A DNA stretch of 37,195 nt from Halodesulfurarchaeum sp. GTDB taxonomy: Archaea > Halobacteriota > Halobacteria > Halobacteriales > Halobacteriaceae. The notes under the pieces are model-generated. The model searched no databases and had not been told where the DNA came from. It saw only the letters and a program-made list of their open reading frames with translations. The first letter of the stretch is position 1, and each line of letters starts with the position of its first letter. Below, piece by piece: positions 36,540 to 37,195 of this stretch. The stretch is taken from the NCBI GenBank assembly GCA_042216015.1, contig JBDGUI010000010.1, positions 1-37,195 of the forward strand, written 5' to 3'. The position numbers and the translations under genes were made by a program.

Positions 36540-36694
36540 ACCAATAAATTGTAGCCAAATATAGTTTGCTTATAGTAATTGATAGTAGTTTGTACACACA
36601 CAACTATTATTTCACCATGGCCAAAAAGATTGTAGTAACTCCCCAAATGTGTCTCTCCGATGGCGATTATACCCGGTTGGCCCAATATATGTGT
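36540..36694. promoter_or_regulatory. AT-rich divergent promoter/operator region (genetic switch)
   Basis: TTATA (36667-36671) ~26 nt before the repressor ATG; minus-strand TATAAG at ~36569-36574; recurring (G/A)TAG(T) motifs. Confidence 0.65.
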
Positions 36695-36979
36695 ATGAGA
36701 AAGCACGCGGATTGGATGGTCGAAGTCGACGAGCGTATTCTGGAGTTTCTTTTTGAGGAAGGAAATCGCCTCCCATCCGTCATTCGGGACCAAATATCTG
36801 AGAAAGGTGTAGCCATGGACTACACGGGAAATTACATCGGGGACAGGTGCCGACTGCTGGCCAATGCTGGCCTTCTTCTCAACGTCGGTGGAGGGAACTA
36901 TTCGATCACGGAGGAAGGTGAGGCCTTCCTGGACGGTGATCTCGACGCCGGAGAACTTCCCGATCCCTCTGAAGACTAG
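36695..36979 (+). CDS. phiH1-like winged-helix repressor
   Basis: MRK.ADWM...DERILEFL...P..I...YIGDRCRLL..AGLL...G.YSITEEG.AFLDG.LDA. Confidence 0.85.
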   Translation: MRKHADWMVEVDERILEFLFEEGNRLPSVIRDQISEKGVAMDYTGNYIGDRCRLLANAGLLLNVGGGNYSITEEGEAFLDGDLDAGELPDPSED

Positions 36980-37195
36980 CGGTCTATTCTTCTCGCGATT
37001 GCTTTCCTGGCTTATCACCATACCCGCCCCGACGGTGGCCCGTTAAATCGCGCTGATGGGGTGGCAGCCAGGCATGCCAACCCTTCAAAATGAAATATCG
37101 AGTACAGAGACCCACTATGGTACAGGTTGAAAGGCATATATTTGTCCAGAAGGCCGATGTCAAGTTAACGGCCAGCGCCAAACATCCGCTCTGAT

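Larger units (their letters stand above)
33000..37195. mobile_element. Left arm of an integrated provirus/integrative element (continues beyond the window; left boundary approximate)
   Basis: Integrase, convergent operon of short overlapping virus-like ORFs, divergent phiH1-type repressor, and visibly lower GC after ~36540. Confidence 0.85.

Noticed and set aside
36404..37021. 298-aa version of ORF 36125-37021 and 137-aa version of the repressor
   Set aside because: The extensions run through the promoter region and antisense to the repressor; starts at 36403 and 36695 fit TATA spacing and composition.
36984..37195. 65-aa minus-strand ORF at the window end
   Set aside because: No recognisable motif and atypical composition; it may be the tail of a gene outside the window and cannot be judged.

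Overview
High-GC haloarchaeal (Halobacteria) chromosomal segment, judged from the acidic proteome, archaeal ribosomal genes and TATA boxes ~27-30 nt upstream of leaderless starts. 1-8.6 kb is housekeeping: rps15-recJ2-like-pcc1-rps3ae-pssA, a HEAT-repeat protein, a PLD-family protein and a RecJ3-like S1/OB/DHH nuclease. A MATE exporter follows. 10.8-17.2 kb is a six-gene envelope cluster (GT-C transferase, flippase-like protein, deacetylase, DUF2304, GT2, AlkP-superfamily enzyme) whose logic matches a lipid-carrier amino-sugar decoration pathway. 17.8-24.7 kb holds a tandem Usp, a MetF fused to an 8-Cys MetV-like domain (with a structured leader/uORF), a TRAM protein, ilvD, a membrane-anchored ArsR, a phased 21-bp repeat array and a degenerate RNA-ligase-like gene. 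24.7-31.7 kb is a type IV pilus locus (pilB, pilC, four prepilins), followed by a Tat lipoprotein and a frameshifted remnant. From ~33.0 kb to the window end lies the left arm of an integrated provirus-like element: tyrosine integrase, a convergent early operon with PadR, J-domain and Zn-finger genes, a structured non-coding region and a phiH1-type repressor. No tRNA, rRNA or CRISPR array was seen. All assignments come from reading motifs and synteny by eye; no searches were run.
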